Assembly: GCA_017620915.1 (NCBI GenBank)
Contig: JAFZSK010000051.1
Location: 24,215 to 88,214, forward strand
Direction: 5' to 3'
Source: Clostridia bacterium
GTDB lineage: Bacteria; Bacillota; Clostridia; UBA1212; UBA1255
Length of the DNA: 64,000 nt
In this document: positions 37,977-47,118 of the stretch, one piece after another
How positions within the stretch are numbered: the stretch's first letter is position 1
Layout: each line of letters opens with the position of its first letter
Notes under the pieces: generated by a model
Seen by the model: the letters and a program-made list of their open reading frames with translations, nothing else
Told to the model about the DNA's origin: nothing
The model's database searches: none
Translations under genes and position numbers: made by a program

Positions 37977-38687
37977 GTGCTGTCAATGCTGCATTTTCTG
38001 GACGGAATAAGAGGCATCGACCTGGTGCCGGTGATCATAAAACTGTTGTGCGCGGTGCTGCTGGGCGGCATAATCGGCGTGGAGCGCTCGTATAAAAACC
38101 GTCCCGCCGGATTCCGTACGCATATTCTGGTGACGCTGGGCGCCACGGTGGCGTCCATGTCCGGCATATTTCTGTATGTTAAGGCGTCGCTGCCCGCGGA
38201 CGTGTCGCGTATCGGCGCGGCCGTGGTCTCCGGACTGGGCTTCCTGGGCGCCGGGACGATAATCGTAACGAAGAACTATACGGTGAAGGGATTGACCACT
38301 GCCGCGGGGCTGTGGACTTCGGGTATCATCGGCCTGGCGCTGGGCGCCGGATTTTACGAGGGGGCGGTAATTGCCACCGCGCTGGTGCTGCTGGCGGAAA
38401 CGACGCTGGGCAACCTGGTCAACAGCATTCGCCGCGACCCCGAGTTCTGCATCTCGGTGCTGTTCCGCGAGAAGACCGCGCTGGATCAGGTGATGCGCTG
38501 CTGCAAGAACCAGCGGATGGCAATAACGAACCTGCGGGTGGTGTCCGCGCTGAACGGCGGCGAGCCCTGCTATCGCGCGTTCGTGCGGCTGCGGCCGAGA
38601 ACAAAAGTTGACCGCGAGAAATTGTTCGGCGAGGTGCGCGCCGTGAACGGGATAATGGGGCTGGAAGAGGTTGAAGTCTCGGAATAG
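37977..38687 (+). CDS. MgtC/SapB family membrane protein (paralogue 2)
   Basis: N-terminus KLLCAVLLGGIIGVERSYKNRPAGFRTHILVTLGA. Same architecture as paralogue 1. The last codons run into the GAATTAGG repeat. Confidence 0.75.
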   Translation: MLSMLHFLDGIRGIDLVPVIIKLLCAVLLGGIIGVERSYKNRPAGFRTHILVTLGATVASMSGIFLYVKASLPADVSRIGAAVVSGLGFLGAGTIIVTKNYTVKGLTTAAGLWTSGIIGLALGAGFYEGAVIATALVLLAETTLGNLVNSIRRDPEFCISVLFREKTALDQVMRCCKNQRMAITNLRVVSALNGGEPCYRAFVRLRPRTKVDREKLFGEVRAVNGIMGLEEVEVSE

Positions 38688-38757
38688 AATTAGGTTTAGT
38701 CCTTGAATAGAATTAGGGAATTTGGTTTAGTCTTAGAATAGAATTAGGTAATTGAGG
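38682..38757. repeat. GAATTAGG-family iteron cluster (three units, 23-31 bp period)
   Basis: gaatagaattaggtttagtccttg / aatagaattagggaatttggtttagtcttag / aatagaattaggtaattgagg. It spans the stop of MgtC-2 and ends at the SD of the next gene. Confidence 0.8.
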
Positions 38758-38766
38758 TTGATCAAC

Positions 38767-39783
38767 ATGAAAAAGCGGGTGCTGATGCTGGTGATATGCC
38801 TGGCGGTGGCAATGAGTTTCGCGGCGTGCAAACAGGCGGGAAGTAGCGATAATAAGCCAACGGCCGCGCCGGCCGCTACCAACGTGCCGGCAGAAAAGGC
38901 CACTGATGCGCCGACGGAATTGCCGACGGAAGTGCCCACAGAGGCGCCCACCGAGGAGCCCAAGCCGCCCGTGGAAGCCGGGATGATGGTGTATTACGAA
39001 GACTTTTCGGGGTACGGCGACATTGACGATACGTACGACGTGACTAAAGCACTGGGGTGGGAGATCCTTACGGTGGCGATCGACAACGCCCAGAGCGACT
39101 GGACGGCGCAGCTGGCGATCAAGGACGACGCGCTGGTGGTCACCAACTTCTGGGAAGACACCGGCACCGGCGGCTCGGACGGCTACGCGCGGATCTTCGA
39201 CGAGATGACGATGAAGCGCGTGGAGAAGTTCGGCAGTTACACGCTCCAGTACGATGTGACCTTCAAGGCTTCGTACAATTATAAGCGATACCTCTGTTTC
39301 GTGACCGAATATGATGCCGAAGGCTACAATTCGTACCATTTCCGCATCGGCGGCTACGGCAACAACCAGACCTGGTACCAGGGCAAATGGTACACGCTGG
39401 ACGCCAACGACGAGAACGATCTGTACGCTGCGCGCAAGAAGAACAGTGAAACGGGCTCGACCATCGCGTACAAATTGCTGGGCATCGACGAGCCGATGGA
39501 CGAAAATACCCATAACAACTTCGAAAGTGTAAAAGTTACGATCCGCATTCAGCGCCTGAACGGACTGGCCACGATCTACATGAAGACCGTCGCGATGGAT
39601 GATTTTATCAAGGTGAGCGAGGCGTCCGAGAAGTCGGAGGACTACGGCATCGAAAAGAACCTGTACGGACTGGGCGTGTGCTTTAAAGTGGGCGGCGGGA
39701 TCAACGGGATCATTGACAACATTGCCATCTGGACCGGCACCGGCGAGATGCCCGCGGACAAAACGATAACCTATGTGCCGTGA
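38767..39783 (+). CDS. Lipoprotein with Pro/Thr linker, unknown function
   Basis: Start at MKKRVLML (SD GAGGT). Lipobox SFAAC. Linker APTELPTEVPTEAPTEEP. Confidence 0.55.
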   Translation: MKKRVLMLVICLAVAMSFAACKQAGSSDNKPTAAPAATNVPAEKATDAPTELPTEVPTEAPTEEPKPPVEAGMMVYYEDFSGYGDIDDTYDVTKALGWEILTVAIDNAQSDWTAQLAIKDDALVVTNFWEDTGTGGSDGYARIFDEMTMKRVEKFGSYTLQYDVTFKASYNYKRYLCFVTEYDAEGYNSYHFRIGGYGNNQTWYQGKWYTLDANDENDLYAARKKNSETGSTIAYKLLGIDEPMDENTHNNFESVKVTIRIQRLNGLATIYMKTVAMDDFIKVSEASEKSEDYGIEKNLYGLGVCFKVGGGINGIIDNIAIWTGTGEMPADKTITYVP

Positions 39784-39822
39784 CACATTGCCCGCGGCGC
39801 GGGACTGCTAAAACAGTCAAAC

Positions 39823-39862
39823 AAAAGCGGCGGCGCTCAGGCGTGCGCCGCTTTTATTTCTT
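39823..39862. terminator. Bidirectional terminator hairpin overlapping the stop of the minus-strand gene
   Basis: aaaagcggcggcgctcaggcgtgcgccgcttttatttc: a GC stem flanked by an A-run and a T-run. Confidence 0.55.
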
Positions 39863-40772
39863 CCGCCCGACGCGCGAACATCCGGCCGGACTTGGCGATA
39901 TAGCGCATCATGTCGGGGCAGAGTTCGTTGTCCACGGTGTTCCAGACGTTGAATGTTTCGAAGCTGAGAGTTTTGTCGTAATTGATCGCCGCCAGCCCCG
40001 CCACGAAGCGGTCCCAGTCCAGTATGCCCATGTACGGGGCCAGGTGCTGATCGCGGGTGCCGTTGTTGTCGTGGACGTGGAACGCCTCGATGCGGTCGCC
40101 CAGCTGCACAATGGTGTCGTAAATGTCTTTGCCCGCCAGCAGGATGTGGCCGGTGTCAAGACAGAAACCGAAGCGCTTTTCGCCGGCAATCTCATTGAGC
40201 GTGTCTACGTAACGGCAGGCAACGTCAATATCCGAGCAGCACGCGCCGTATATTTTGCCCTTGTAATTGCTGAACATATTTTCCAGGCAGATGATGACGT
40301 CGTATTTTTTTGCGGCATCGATCAGCGCAGAATAGCTGCGGATGTTCTGCTCCCACTCGGCTTCCGGACCGAGCCGCGCGGGCAGGCCGTAGAAGAAGGG
40401 GTGAACGATCAGCCTCCGGCAGCCGATGAACGCGGTGCACTGTATCGTCCGGATGAGGCAATGGATCAGATAATCGTTGTAATCCGGGAAGGCGGGGTCA
40501 ACGGGCAGCGCGGACGGGAACGGCGCGTGCGCCTGATAGTTCTCGAGCCCGTACTTTTCAGCGCCCTCTTTCCACGGACGGCAGGATTCCAGCATCGCTT
40601 CCTCCGGTCCGTCCAGCAGCGCCGAACGCATGTGCTGGCGTATTTCGTGACCGTGAAAAAGGTGGTCCAGGTTTGCGTCAACCGCGTCGAAACCCGTTTC
40701 TTTTATCATGCGGTAAGTGCCTTCGATACCGAGTCTTTCTTCCATTCCGCCGCTTTGTACCGCAATTTTCAT
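39837..40772 (-). CDS. Sugar phosphate isomerase/epimerase (xylose isomerase-like TIM barrel)
   Basis: Start at MKIAVQSGG. TIM-barrel motifs IICLEN, FGFCLDTGHILLAG, AFHVHDNNG. Confidence 0.75.
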   Translation of the reverse strand: MKIAVQSGGMEERLGIEGTYRMIKETGFDAVDANLDHLFHGHEIRQHMRSALLDGPEEAMLESCRPWKEGAEKYGLENYQAHAPFPSALPVDPAFPDYNDYLIHCLIRTIQCTAFIGCRRLIVHPFFYGLPARLGPEAEWEQNIRSYSALIDAAKKYDVIICLENMFSNYKGKIYGACCSDIDVACRYVDTLNEIAGEKRFGFCLDTGHILLAGKDIYDTIVQLGDRIEAFHVHDNNGTRDQHLAPYMGILDWDRFVAGLAAINYDKTLSFETFNVWNTVDNELCPDMMRYIAKSGRMFARRAEEIKAAHA

Positions 40773-40811
40773 GTGTAAATGCACCCCTTTTGTACGTTTT
40801 TGTATTGTCCG

Positions 40812-42113
40812 CTATGCACGTGTGAATGTGTGCGTTTCAGTGGTCACGTTGTCCGGTCCCAGATGCGCGGTCACGGAAAGCAGGCCGCGGCAGGTGGGGA
40901 CGCCCTCGATGCGGAGCGTCTGCCCGGCCAGCGCTTCGGGAATGTTGGGGGCAACGGTGACCGTGCCGGTCCAGACATTGTCCGAAATGCCGAACAACTC
41001 CTCGATGATCAGCTGGATGTACTGGGACGCGGTCCAGCCGTAGCGCTTGACGCCGTGCCCTTCGCCGGTGGAGGGGCTCATGAATTCGGCGTAATTGCCG
41101 CTGAATTCCGTGACGGTCTTGTACGCCAGCTCCGCTGCCGGCCCGTTGAGCCCGGACTCCCGCAGCCCGGTGGCAATGATCTCGTTCCGGAAGGTCCAGA
41201 TATTGCCCGACCAGCTGGTCCAGCCCTGATACACGCCCACGGTCTCCGTATATTCGCGTGATGCCCGTGACGCGGTCACCAGCGCGTATTTGCCGTGCAG
41301 ATCGAACTGCGCCGGATCTTCCAGCAGTTTTATCAGCGCCGGGATCCGTTCCGATGGCACGATGCCCCGCTTGAACACGTCGAACATCGAGTTATAAATA
41401 CGGTCCGTGTAGAGCCGGCGCTCTTTCGTCAGATAGGTATAGTAGCCGCCGTCGGCGCGGGAATACAGATACGCGTTGATGATTTCTTTCAGCGATTCGA
41501 AGGCCTTGGCCCAGGCCTGCGCTTCGTCATCGCGCCCCAGCTTCTGCGCCAGTTCCCGCAGCACGTCGGCGCCAACGCACACCTGCACGTTCAGATCCAC
41601 CGGCGCGGAGGTCAACTGCTCCGTCACGTCGCTGGGGTCGGATTCTTCGAATATGCCGCACACCAGCCCCGTAGCTGGGTCGCGCTTCACGTCCGACAGC
41701 CACCAGTCGAAGTACCGCGCGAGCATGCCGTAAACGGATTCGATCAGGTCGTTGTCCCTTGACCGCCGGAGCACCTTTAGCGCCGCCTCGAACAGTACCG
41801 GGATCGCGCTGAGCTGCTCGTCGTAATTGCCGACCCGGTCCGGCCCCCACAGCGGAATGCGGCCGTTCGGCCTTTGCACGAGAATGAAGTTGCGCAGCAC
41901 GTTTTCGGCAAATTTCTGATCGATCCATTTGTAGCCGGAGAGGGTGAGGGCGGTGTCGCGCTCCCACCAGCAGTTGCCGTACTGGCCGCCGGGCCCCATG
42001 AACGGATACACGAAGCCGAACCGCGGCAGCTCAGGCGAGATGCATTCTTCCAGTACTTTTACCGCGTCGTCAAAAGCTTCCTGGCTTGTTCCGGGCAGTC
42101 CTATTCTGATCAT
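40812..42113 (-). CDS. Six-hairpin glycoside hydrolase (GH63/mannosylglycerate-hydrolase-like)
   Basis: 433 aa. An (alpha/alpha)6 GH63-like fold is suggested by GNCWWERDTA, WGPDRVGNYDE and QGWTSWSGNIW. Family assignment is tentative. Confidence 0.55.
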   Translation of the reverse strand: MIRIGLPGTSQEAFDDAVKVLEECISPELPRFGFVYPFMGPGGQYGNCWWERDTALTLSGYKWIDQKFAENVLRNFILVQRPNGRIPLWGPDRVGNYDEQLSAIPVLFEAALKVLRRSRDNDLIESVYGMLARYFDWWLSDVKRDPATGLVCGIFEESDPSDVTEQLTSAPVDLNVQVCVGADVLRELAQKLGRDDEAQAWAKAFESLKEIINAYLYSRADGGYYTYLTKERRLYTDRIYNSMFDVFKRGIVPSERIPALIKLLEDPAQFDLHGKYALVTASRASREYTETVGVYQGWTSWSGNIWTFRNEIIATGLRESGLNGPAAELAYKTVTEFSGNYAEFMSPSTGEGHGVKRYGWTASQYIQLIIEELFGISDNVWTGTVTVAPNIPEALAGQTLRIEGVPTCRGLLSVTAHLGPDNVTTETHTFTRA

Positions 42114-42768
42114 TCAATCTAACCTCCGTCCGCTCTGCGTTGTCGTCAATACTTTACTACTTTTCCTTAAGTAATTCAAGGCGAATGCCCGTCTTTTTCA
42201 TTGGGGCTGCCTCATTTTCATTTTTTGAGCTGTATTTGGTATAAAACAGCCCGAACTTACGAAGTTTAGTACTAGTTTCTCCTTGCTCTCGCTCATTTTC
42301 AAAAATGCGAAATTGAAATAATGGTATAAAATAATTAATCTGGATCATATTAATCCTGTCTTTCGGAATGCTCTTGGTATAACTAATTGAATCTAAAGCC
42401 ATTTAATCCTAATCGCTCAAGATTCGATAGAGCCGGTAATCAAGAGAAGGCGCCAAATCTGGCATTAAATGTTTATAGAATTATATTTTTATCCGATCAG
42501 GCAATTAGGTCGGGTGTGCAAATTGCTTTTGAAGGCGCCTTGCATGGTATAAAAGAACAGGAAATAAGCATTTTAATCCAATTCTACCTTACAAACGGAT
42601 GAGCGCCGCTGGTCGCTTGTCCTGGCCCTGCTACGAAATCCGGAGTGGAGCCTAACTATAATATAAGCTTGCATTTTCCCTATAGGTATTATATAATTAT
42701 TATGTGTCGGTGCGGGCTGTTTTGGCGCCGCGCCGGGACAGATCATCAGCCGGAGACCGAACTTCAGA

Positions 42769-43638
42769 ATGGCAAACGAAAACGAGTACAATTACAGACG
42801 TCAGAATACCGCCGCGGGCACGGGCAGCCGGCCCGGATCGCACCGCAGCGCACTGGAGCAGGAGCGCGGCGGGACCGCGCCAACAAAGACCGCGGGCGCC
42901 GTGAGAACGGCTTCGACATCTACTGCCCGCGCCGGCGGGACTGCGCAGACCAGAACGACACGGACGCAGAATGTGGCCGCCGAAAGTGCCGCGGCCAAAG
43001 CCGCCGCGGCCCGCAAAGCCGAGCAGGAGAAAAAGCGCAAGATACGGCGCAAGTATATGATCCGGCGGATCGTGGTGTGTGTCATTGTCCTCGCGCTGCT
43101 GGCGCTGCTGATATTCGGGATCGTGAAGCTCGTCAAGCGCATCTTCACTCCGAAGCAGGTCGTCAAGAGCCCGGTAGTCACCGCTATCGACTGGGAAGCC
43201 GGCAGCGGATTCCCGGACGCGGAACTGTTCCTCTCCGAAACCGGAAAGACCGGGGCGGAGAGCGGCGCGCGGATCGCCCTCGAGACCGACCTGGCGCAGC
43301 TCAATTTCAATGTGCTCGGCGTGTATAGAGTGATGCTGCTGTATACGGGCGTTGACGGCAGCGAGACCCGGTACACATCCACCATAAACATAATAGACAC
43401 CACGCCGCCGCAGGGCGTTGCCGCCCCGGACCTGTGGACGTACGCGGGCAAACCGCTTCCCGTCATCAATTTCATCGAATCCGTTGACGACGCCACCGAC
43501 GTGGCGGTATCGCTGATCCGCGAGCCCGATTACAACACTATTGGCGTTCAGACCGTCGAGATCCTGCTGGAGGACCGCGGCGGCAACCAGACCAAACTCA
43601 CCACGCAGCTCACCGTGCTGGAAAAGCCGGCAGACTAA
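42769..43638 (+). CDS. Membrane-anchored protein with disordered N-terminus and C-terminal Ig-like (DUF5011-like) domain
   Basis: Basic, low-complexity N-terminus, one TM helix (IVVCVIVLALLALLIFGIV), then a domain with IIDTTPPQ typical of bacterial Ig-like modules. Confidence 0.5.
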   Translation: MANENEYNYRRQNTAAGTGSRPGSHRSALEQERGGTAPTKTAGAVRTASTSTARAGGTAQTRTTRTQNVAAESAAAKAAAARKAEQEKKRKIRRKYMIRRIVVCVIVLALLALLIFGIVKLVKRIFTPKQVVKSPVVTAIDWEAGSGFPDAELFLSETGKTGAESGARIALETDLAQLNFNVLGVYRVMLLYTGVDGSETRYTSTINIIDTTPPQGVAAPDLWTYAGKPLPVINFIESVDDATDVAVSLIREPDYNTIGVQTVEILLEDRGGNQTKLTTQLTVLEKPAD

Positions 43639-43662
43639 TGATAAAAACAGGAGGAATCGCTC

Positions 43663-45066
43663 ATGAGCACTAATAAGAAGGCAAAAACCGGTAACGGCCT
43701 TAAGGTCATGATAATCGTAATGCTGGCCATCATAGTCGGCCTGATCGTGATCATTGCCAAAGTGAGTTCCGACAACAAAGTTGATAAAAATTCCGATCAG
43801 GTGGTGAATAATCCCACGCGGGTGCCCGACGACAATACCGGCGAGCCCGTTGTCACCGCCGCGCCGGCCACCGGTGATGAGACCAGCACCGGCGCGCCGC
43901 AGAACACCGGCGGGCAGCCGACGGAAATTGCCCCCACCGCGGTCCCGGCTACGCCGACGCCCACTCCGGCCGGCGAACTGAAGCTGGTGGACTACACCGG
44001 CCATGTGGAGCACCTGTTCACGCACTCGCTGATCGCGTTCCCCGAGCTGGCGTATCCCACCGACTGCTCCGATGTGGACAAAGTCAAAAACACGTACTTC
44101 ATCGACTGCATCACGGTCAAGGAGTTCAAGCTGATCCTGGAAGCGCTTTACAAAGACGGGTACATGCTGGTCAACCTCAACTATGTATTCGAGATCGACG
44201 ACAACGGCGTACCGCAGCTCAAGAAATCCTTCAAATTCCCCGAGGGCAAAAAGCCGCTGGTGTTCTCCTTCGATGACACCAACTACTACAGCGCCAAGAT
44301 GGGTCGCGGCATGATCGACAAACTGATCCTGATCGACGGCAAGGTCGGCACGTACACCAAGCATAAAGACGGCACGGTGGTGCAGGGCTTCGACGAAGAG
44401 TACATTCCGATCCTCGACCGGTTCGTGGAGGAGCATCCGGACTTCTCCTTCAACGGCGCCAAAGGCATGATCTGTGTCACCGGTTTTGACGGCATCCTGG
44501 GCTACCGCACACAGCGCGTCAGCAGCGGCGACGGCCGCACCGAAGCCGACCGCAAGCGCGAGATCGAAGCGGTGAAGCCCATTATTCAGGCACTGAAAGA
44601 CACGGGCTGGTACTTTGCCAGCCACTCCTACAAGCACGGCGTGATGGAAAAATACTCCGAGGCGAACATGGAAGACTGTGCCTCCAAATTCTACGATGAA
44701 GTCATTCCGCTGATCGGCAAGACACAGATCTACGTGTATCCGTACGGCAGCTGGAAGCGTTCTTCCGACGGCAAGACCTGCCCCGCGGTGCAGCGCGTGC
44801 TGAACAATTACGGCTATAAATACTTCTGCAGCGTCGGCGCCAACTGGTACGCCAAGAACCGTTCCGACCTGGGCAGCGTCATACTGCAGGACCGTGCAAA
44901 TGTTGACGGCACCGCGTTCGTGTGGTTCCAGGATATTTTCAGTAAAGTAGAAGGTACCGATACGCCGCGCTTCCCGAGCATCAACTTCCGTGAGTTTTAC
45001 GACGATGCCCGCAACATTGACTACGATGATGCCGTGGCGGCGTACAAAGAGTGGAAGGGCAAATAG
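43663..45066 (+). CDS. Membrane-anchored polysaccharide deacetylase (NodB homology) family protein
   Basis: N-terminal TM helix and PT linker. NodB-like motifs FSFDDTNYY and HSYKHG. Confidence 0.7.
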   Translation: MSTNKKAKTGNGLKVMIIVMLAIIVGLIVIIAKVSSDNKVDKNSDQVVNNPTRVPDDNTGEPVVTAAPATGDETSTGAPQNTGGQPTEIAPTAVPATPTPTPAGELKLVDYTGHVEHLFTHSLIAFPELAYPTDCSDVDKVKNTYFIDCITVKEFKLILEALYKDGYMLVNLNYVFEIDDNGVPQLKKSFKFPEGKKPLVFSFDDTNYYSAKMGRGMIDKLILIDGKVGTYTKHKDGTVVQGFDEEYIPILDRFVEEHPDFSFNGAKGMICVTGFDGILGYRTQRVSSGDGRTEADRKREIEAVKPIIQALKDTGWYFASHSYKHGVMEKYSEANMEDCASKFYDEVIPLIGKTQIYVYPYGSWKRSSDGKTCPAVQRVLNNYGYKYFCSVGANWYAKNRSDLGSVILQDRANVDGTAFVWFQDIFSKVEGTDTPRFPSINFREFYDDARNIDYDDAVAAYKEWKGK

Positions 45067-45074
45067 TCGATTAA

Positions 45075-46043
45075 ATGGTTCATGACATGAGGATCTGTTA
45101 CGGTCTTGCGGGCGGTGACAATACCGACCGCGCCGGCTGTGCGCCCTCCGCGGTAGCGCTGGGCTTCTTCGACGGAGTGCATCTGGGCCACCGCCGCATA
45201 CTGGACGCGCTGGTGTCCCGCGGCCGGGAACTGGGTCTCCGGACGTGTGTGTACACGTTCGTGAATCAGCCTGCGAGCGTGTTTGGCGTTGACCGCAAGG
45301 CCCGATTGCTCTGCGACAACCGCCTGAAGGCGGAATATATTGCCGAAGCCGGCGTGGACGAGCTGTGCTTCGACTGGTTTGACCTGAAACTCAGCCGACT
45401 GGCGCCCGAAGAGTTCGTGCGCAGCGTGCTGGTGGGAAAATTCAACGCGCGGCTGGTCTGCGCGGGGGAGAATTATACTTTCGGTGCGGACGGGCGCGGC
45501 GACAGCGCGCTGCTCTCGGCGCTGGGCAGGGTCAACGGGTTCGAGACCCTGATACTGCCCTCGCTCTCCGCGGAGCTGGACGGCGGCAATGTGACAGTGT
45601 CCAGTACGGTGCTGCGGCAATTGACCGCGGCCGGCCGGTTCCGGGAATACGAACGCCTGGCGGGGCATCCGTTCCGGCTGGAGGGCACGGTTGTCCACGG
45701 CCGCGAAGTGGGACGCACGATCGGATTTCCTACGGCGAACCTGCTGCCCCCGCGCGGGATCGTGCTGCCGGCATGCGGCGTGTATGCCACGCGCACCGCG
45801 ATACGAGGGACAGACCTGGTTTTTAAAAGCATCACTAACGTGGGCTCCAATCCCACGTTTGCGGATACCGGCGGCGTGACGGTGGAAACGCACCTGCTGG
45901 ACCACGACGGAGCGCTGTACGGCGCGGAACTGCGGCTGGATTTTCTGGAGCGGCTGCGCGGCGAAAAAGTGTTTTCCGGCCCCGACGCGCTCAGCGCCCA
46001 GCTCACGGCGGATGCGTCAAAGCGCGCGCAGATGGACTTATAA
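45075..46043 (+). CDS. ribF: Bifunctional riboflavin kinase / FAD synthetase
   Basis: ALGFFDGVHLGHRRIL in the FAD synthetase domain. PTANL ... GVYA ... E(x)HLLD in the riboflavin kinase domain. The start may be ATG 45087. Confidence 0.85.
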   Translation: MVHDMRICYGLAGGDNTDRAGCAPSAVALGFFDGVHLGHRRILDALVSRGRELGLRTCVYTFVNQPASVFGVDRKARLLCDNRLKAEYIAEAGVDELCFDWFDLKLSRLAPEEFVRSVLVGKFNARLVCAGENYTFGADGRGDSALLSALGRVNGFETLILPSLSAELDGGNVTVSSTVLRQLTAAGRFREYERLAGHPFRLEGTVVHGREVGRTIGFPTANLLPPRGIVLPACGVYATRTAIRGTDLVFKSITNVGSNPTFADTGGVTVETHLLDHDGALYGAELRLDFLERLRGEKVFSGPDALSAQLTADASKRAQMDL

Positions 46044-46052
46044 CGGAGGATA

Positions 46053-47111
46053 ATGGCAATGGGCATATTGACGAAGGCGGCAACACTGCTGGCGGAAAAA
46101 GGCTGGGTGGAATTTCCGAACCTGTTCAAAAAACATGGCCTCAAGCTGAATATCGATGACGTGGTGTTCAGGATCGGCAGCCTCGAAGTGCGCTGGTACG
46201 GCCTGCTGATCAGCGGTGTGGTGGTGCTGTGCATCTTTCTGGGACTGAAGTCGTGCAAGAAGTACGGCATTGAACCTAACGACCTGCTGGACTACCTGAT
46301 CTTTTCGCTGCCCGCGGCGGTGATCGGACTCCGGGTGTATTACGTTGCCTTCAATTTCGAGGAGTACCGGGACAATCTATGGGATGTTTTCGCGTTCTGG
46401 AAAGGCGGGCTGGCAATTTACGGCGGCATTATCGGTTCGGCGATCGCGGTGCTGATCGTGGCCAAGGTCAAAAAGCAGAAAGTGCTCAAGATCCTCGACT
46501 TCCTGATCGGATATATCGCGCTGGGCCAGGCGGTCGGACGCTGGGGCAATTTCTTCAACCAGGAAGCGTTCGGCGGCCCCACCAAAATGCCCTGGGGCAT
46601 GACCGGCGATAAGATCGAGATCTTCGTCCGTTCGCAGGGCTGGCAGACGGGCACGCTGGTGCATCCCACGTTCCTGTACGAGTCGCTGTGGTGTTTTGTG
46701 GTTTTCGCGGTGATAATGCTGTACCGCCGCAGTAAATTTAAGAAGGTTGACGGCGAGTGCCTGGCGCTGTACATGATCCTTTACGGCGTCGAGCGCATGA
46801 TCGTAGAGGGGCTCCGGACGGACAGCCTGTACATCGGCAAGACCGGGATCCGCGTTTCGCAGCTGCTTTCCGCGATACTGGTGATCGTGGGCATCGCGCT
46901 GTTCATCGACTTTAAAGTGCGCTGGAAGAAGGCGGTGTACGAGGGGACCGCGGAAGGTGTTGACGCCGGCGAGAGCGGGTTTGCTGCCGCGCTGGAGGAA
47001 ATGAAGACCGGCGAGGCTGATGCGGAAGACGCGGAGGCAGTCACCGACGCCGCGGACGATGCCGCGGAGGATGTCGCCGACGCCGTAGAAAAAGCCGAGA
47101 CCGCCGGTTGA
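46053..47111 (+). CDS. lgt: Prolipoprotein diacylglyceryl transferase
   Basis: Lgt signature GRWGNFFNQEAFG and HPTFLYESLW. Acidic C-terminal extension. Confidence 0.85.
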   Translation: MAMGILTKAATLLAEKGWVEFPNLFKKHGLKLNIDDVVFRIGSLEVRWYGLLISGVVVLCIFLGLKSCKKYGIEPNDLLDYLIFSLPAAVIGLRVYYVAFNFEEYRDNLWDVFAFWKGGLAIYGGIIGSAIAVLIVAKVKKQKVLKILDFLIGYIALGQAVGRWGNFFNQEAFGGPTKMPWGMTGDKIEIFVRSQGWQTGTLVHPTFLYESLWCFVVFAVIMLYRRSKFKKVDGECLALYMILYGVERMIVEGLRTDSLYIGKTGIRVSQLLSAILVIVGIALFIDFKVRWKKAVYEGTAEGVDAGESGFAAALEEMKTGEADAEDAEAVTDAADDAAEDVADAVEKAETAG

Positions 47112-47118
47112 CCGCGCC

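Noticed and set aside
32632-38167. Long antisense ORFs 32632..34077, 34331..35728, 35728..36192, 36436..37173, 37076..38167 across the sugar cluster and MgtC genes
   Set aside because: All lie opposite strongly supported sense genes (AKR, isomerase, FGGY kinase, MgtC) and have low-complexity, Arg-rich translations.
42700-44637. 645-aa minus-strand ORF opposite the membrane-anchored protein and deacetylase genes
   Set aside because: Shadow ORF. The sense genes have TM anchors, a NodB motif and good SDs.
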